Assembly: GCA_965215335.1 (NCBI GenBank)
Contig: CBDCDA010000001.1
Location: 288,001-352,000, forward strand
Origin: an uncultured Candidatus Entotheonella sp.
Lineage (GTDB): Bacteria > Tectomicrobia > Entotheonellia > Entotheonellales > Entotheonellaceae
Length of the DNA stretch: 64,000 bases
Reading direction: 5' to 3'
Shown: in pieces, positions 62,356 to 64,000 of the stretch
Layout of the letters: the number at the start of each line of letters is the position of its first letter
Numbering within the stretch: the stretch's first letter is position 1
Translations under genes and position numbers: made by a program
Notes under the pieces: model-generated
The model's input: only the letters and a program-made list of their open reading frames with translations
Databases searched by the model: none
Told to the model about the DNA's origin: nothing

Positions 62356-64000
62356 ATGCGTGTCTGTGTGAAACGACTTTGCAAGGTGCTGGCGGGCGTA
62401 TTTGTGGTGGCGGTGCTTGCTTCGGAAGCCGGCGCGCAGGACAGCGAGACGGCAGAGGAGGTATTCCACGAGCACATCTCGGGTCCGATCGTGCAGTCAA
62501 GATGTGTCAACTGCCACGTTCAGGGTGGCGTGTCGGGGCATACCCGGCTGGTGTTCGTGCACCGGTCGGAAGAGTCAGATCACGAGGCACTCAACCTGCG
62601 GACCTTCGAGAATCTTCTCGACGCGGTCGCGGATGAGGGGGGGGGCGGGAGTTACATCCTGAACAAGATTCAGGGGGTGTCGCACGGCGGCGGGGCGCAG
62701 GTGCCGGCGGGATCTGTGGACTTTGCGAACATGGAGTGGTTCCTGCGGCTGTTGGGCGAAGGGGCTGCGTCGGTGGCGGCGCTGACGCCGCAGACGCTGT
62801 TCGACACGGTGGTGCTGGCGTCGCCCCGCAAGACGCTGCGGCGGGCGGCGTTGATCTTTGCGGGTCGCCTTCCAACGGAGGCGGAGTACGCGGCGGTCGA
62901 AGGTGGTGACGAGTCGGTTCTGCGCGCCACGATCCGGGGGCTGATGGAGGGGCCGCAGTTCCACGAGTTCCTGCTGCGGGCGAGCAACGACCGACTGCTG
63001 ACGGATGGGAAAATGGTCGGGATTGACCCGAACGTCGCTTCCTTTGTCGACTTCACCAACGAGTACTATCGTCGCGTAAAGATAGCAGAGGCGATTGACG
63101 ATGAACGCGCATGGAATGATCTCGGCAATTGGCATGACCGCACGCAGTTCGGTTTTCGCCGGGCGCCGCTGGAGTTGATCGCGCACGTGGCGGAGAACGA
63201 CCTGCCGTACACGGAGATTCTCACCGCCGACTACATCATGGCGAACCCGTGGGCGGCCGCAGCCTACGGCGCACCAACACAGTTCGACGACTCCGACGAC
63301 GTGCACGAGTTCAAGAAGTCGAGGATCGTGAGCTACTACCGAAAAGGCGATGGATTCGAGGAGGAATACGATCCTATCTCCAGCCTAACCCGTGTGCTTG
63401 ATCCCGGCCCGTTGCTCACGACTTATCCGCACGCCGGCATTCTCAACACGACTGCGTTCCTCCAGCGCTACCCGACCACGGCCACCAACCGCAACCGGGC
63501 GCGGGCGCGCTGGACGTATTACCACTTCCTCGGCCTCGACGTGGAGAAGTCCGCCTCGCGCACTACGGACCCGGTGGCGCTGGCGGACACGAACAATCCG
63601 ACGATGCACAACCCGGCCTGCACGGTGTGCCACAGCGTCCTCGACCCGGTGGCCGGAGCGTTCCAGAACTACAGCGATGAGGGATACTACAAACATGCCT
63701 GGGGTGGCCTGGATTCCCTGGATGATCTCTACAAGGAAAAGGAAGGACCGTCTCTGACGACTGCGGGCGGGTCCTGGACGGACCGTGAGGCGCTGGTCTG
63801 GCCGGTGTCGTTGGCCGCCGGCGTCCAAACGCTGCGGGTGATGTTCACGAACCCCGCCTCCCGCAATGATAACGCCGGCGCTCAGAGATACGTTTATCTG
63901 GATCGCCTGAACGTCACGGACGCCGATGGCGATGTGGTGGTCAGCCATGAGTTCGAGGATCTGGGGCCACCGGTTGCGCACTGGGGCCGTTGCGGGGAGA
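62356..64000 (+). CDS. Large secreted heme-c protein, DUF1585/1588/1592-type (planctomycete-cytochrome-like); runs off window edge
   Basis: Not in the ORF track (no stop in window). Manual translation gives a signal peptide, CVNCH, LRRAALIFAGRLPT, EILTADY, HAGIL, TATNRNRARA and NPACTVCHSVLDP. Confidence 0.75.
   Translation, partial: MRVCVKRLCKVLAGVFVVAVLASEAGAQDSETAEEVFHEHISGPIVQSRCVNCHVQGGVSGHTRLVFVHRSEESDHEALNLRTFENLLDAVADEGGGGSYILNKIQGVSHGGGAQVPAGSVDFANMEWFLRLLGEGAASVAALTPQTLFDTVVLASPRKTLRRAALIFAGRLPTEAEYAAVEGGDESVLRATIRGLMEGPQFHEFLLRASNDRLLTDGKMVGIDPNVASFVDFTNEYYRRVKIAEAIDDERAWNDLGNWHDRTQFGFRRAPLELIAHVAENDLPYTEILTADYIMANPWAAAAYGAPTQFDDSDDVHEFKKSRIVSYYRKGDGFEEEYDPISSLTRVLDPGPLLTTYPHAGILNTTAFLQRYPTTATNRNRARARWTYYHFLGLDVEKSASRTTDPVALADTNNPTMHNPACTVCHSVLDPVAGAFQNYSDEGYYKHAWGGLDSLDDLYKEKEGPSLTTAGGSWTDREALVWPVSLAAGVQTLRVMFTNPASRNDNAGAQRYVYLDRLNVTDADGDVVVSHEFEDLGPPVAHWGRCGE

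Overview
A GC-rich bacterial chromosome segment. Gene order resembles deltaproteobacteria-like or Nitrospinota/Tectomicrobia-like genomes; this is an inference, not a determination. The core (8.4-42.8 kb) is the translation/transcription supercluster: tRNAs, tuf, rpmG, secE, nusG, rplKAJL, rpoB, rpoC, the str operon with a second near-identical tuf, and the S10, spc and alpha operons. A decayed IS481-family element sits between rpoB and rpoC, and a small TIR-bounded repeat sits between secE and nusG. The left flank holds a sigma54-driven urea-type ABC transporter, ispD-ispF-rlmB and a four-gene minus-strand cluster (omega-like, YggX, radical SAM, ATP-grasp). The right flank holds DsbD/CcmH, rpsU-mutS2-dnaG-rpoD, ftsH, an archaeal-type GAPDH-like gene, an enolase-superfamily enzyme, B12-mutase accessory genes and two paralogous secreted heme-c proteins. 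The main finding is that the ORF track breaks two adjacent genes at in-frame TGA codons, each followed by a SECIS-like hairpin. The radical SAM protein reads through to a C-terminal WYC-U-AEP tail, and the neighbouring ATP-grasp ligase has TGA at ARPIGGL-U-SRSLRF. This points to a tandem two-selenoprotein operon, with the ATP-grasp enzyme as a candidate selenoprotein type I do not recognise as described.
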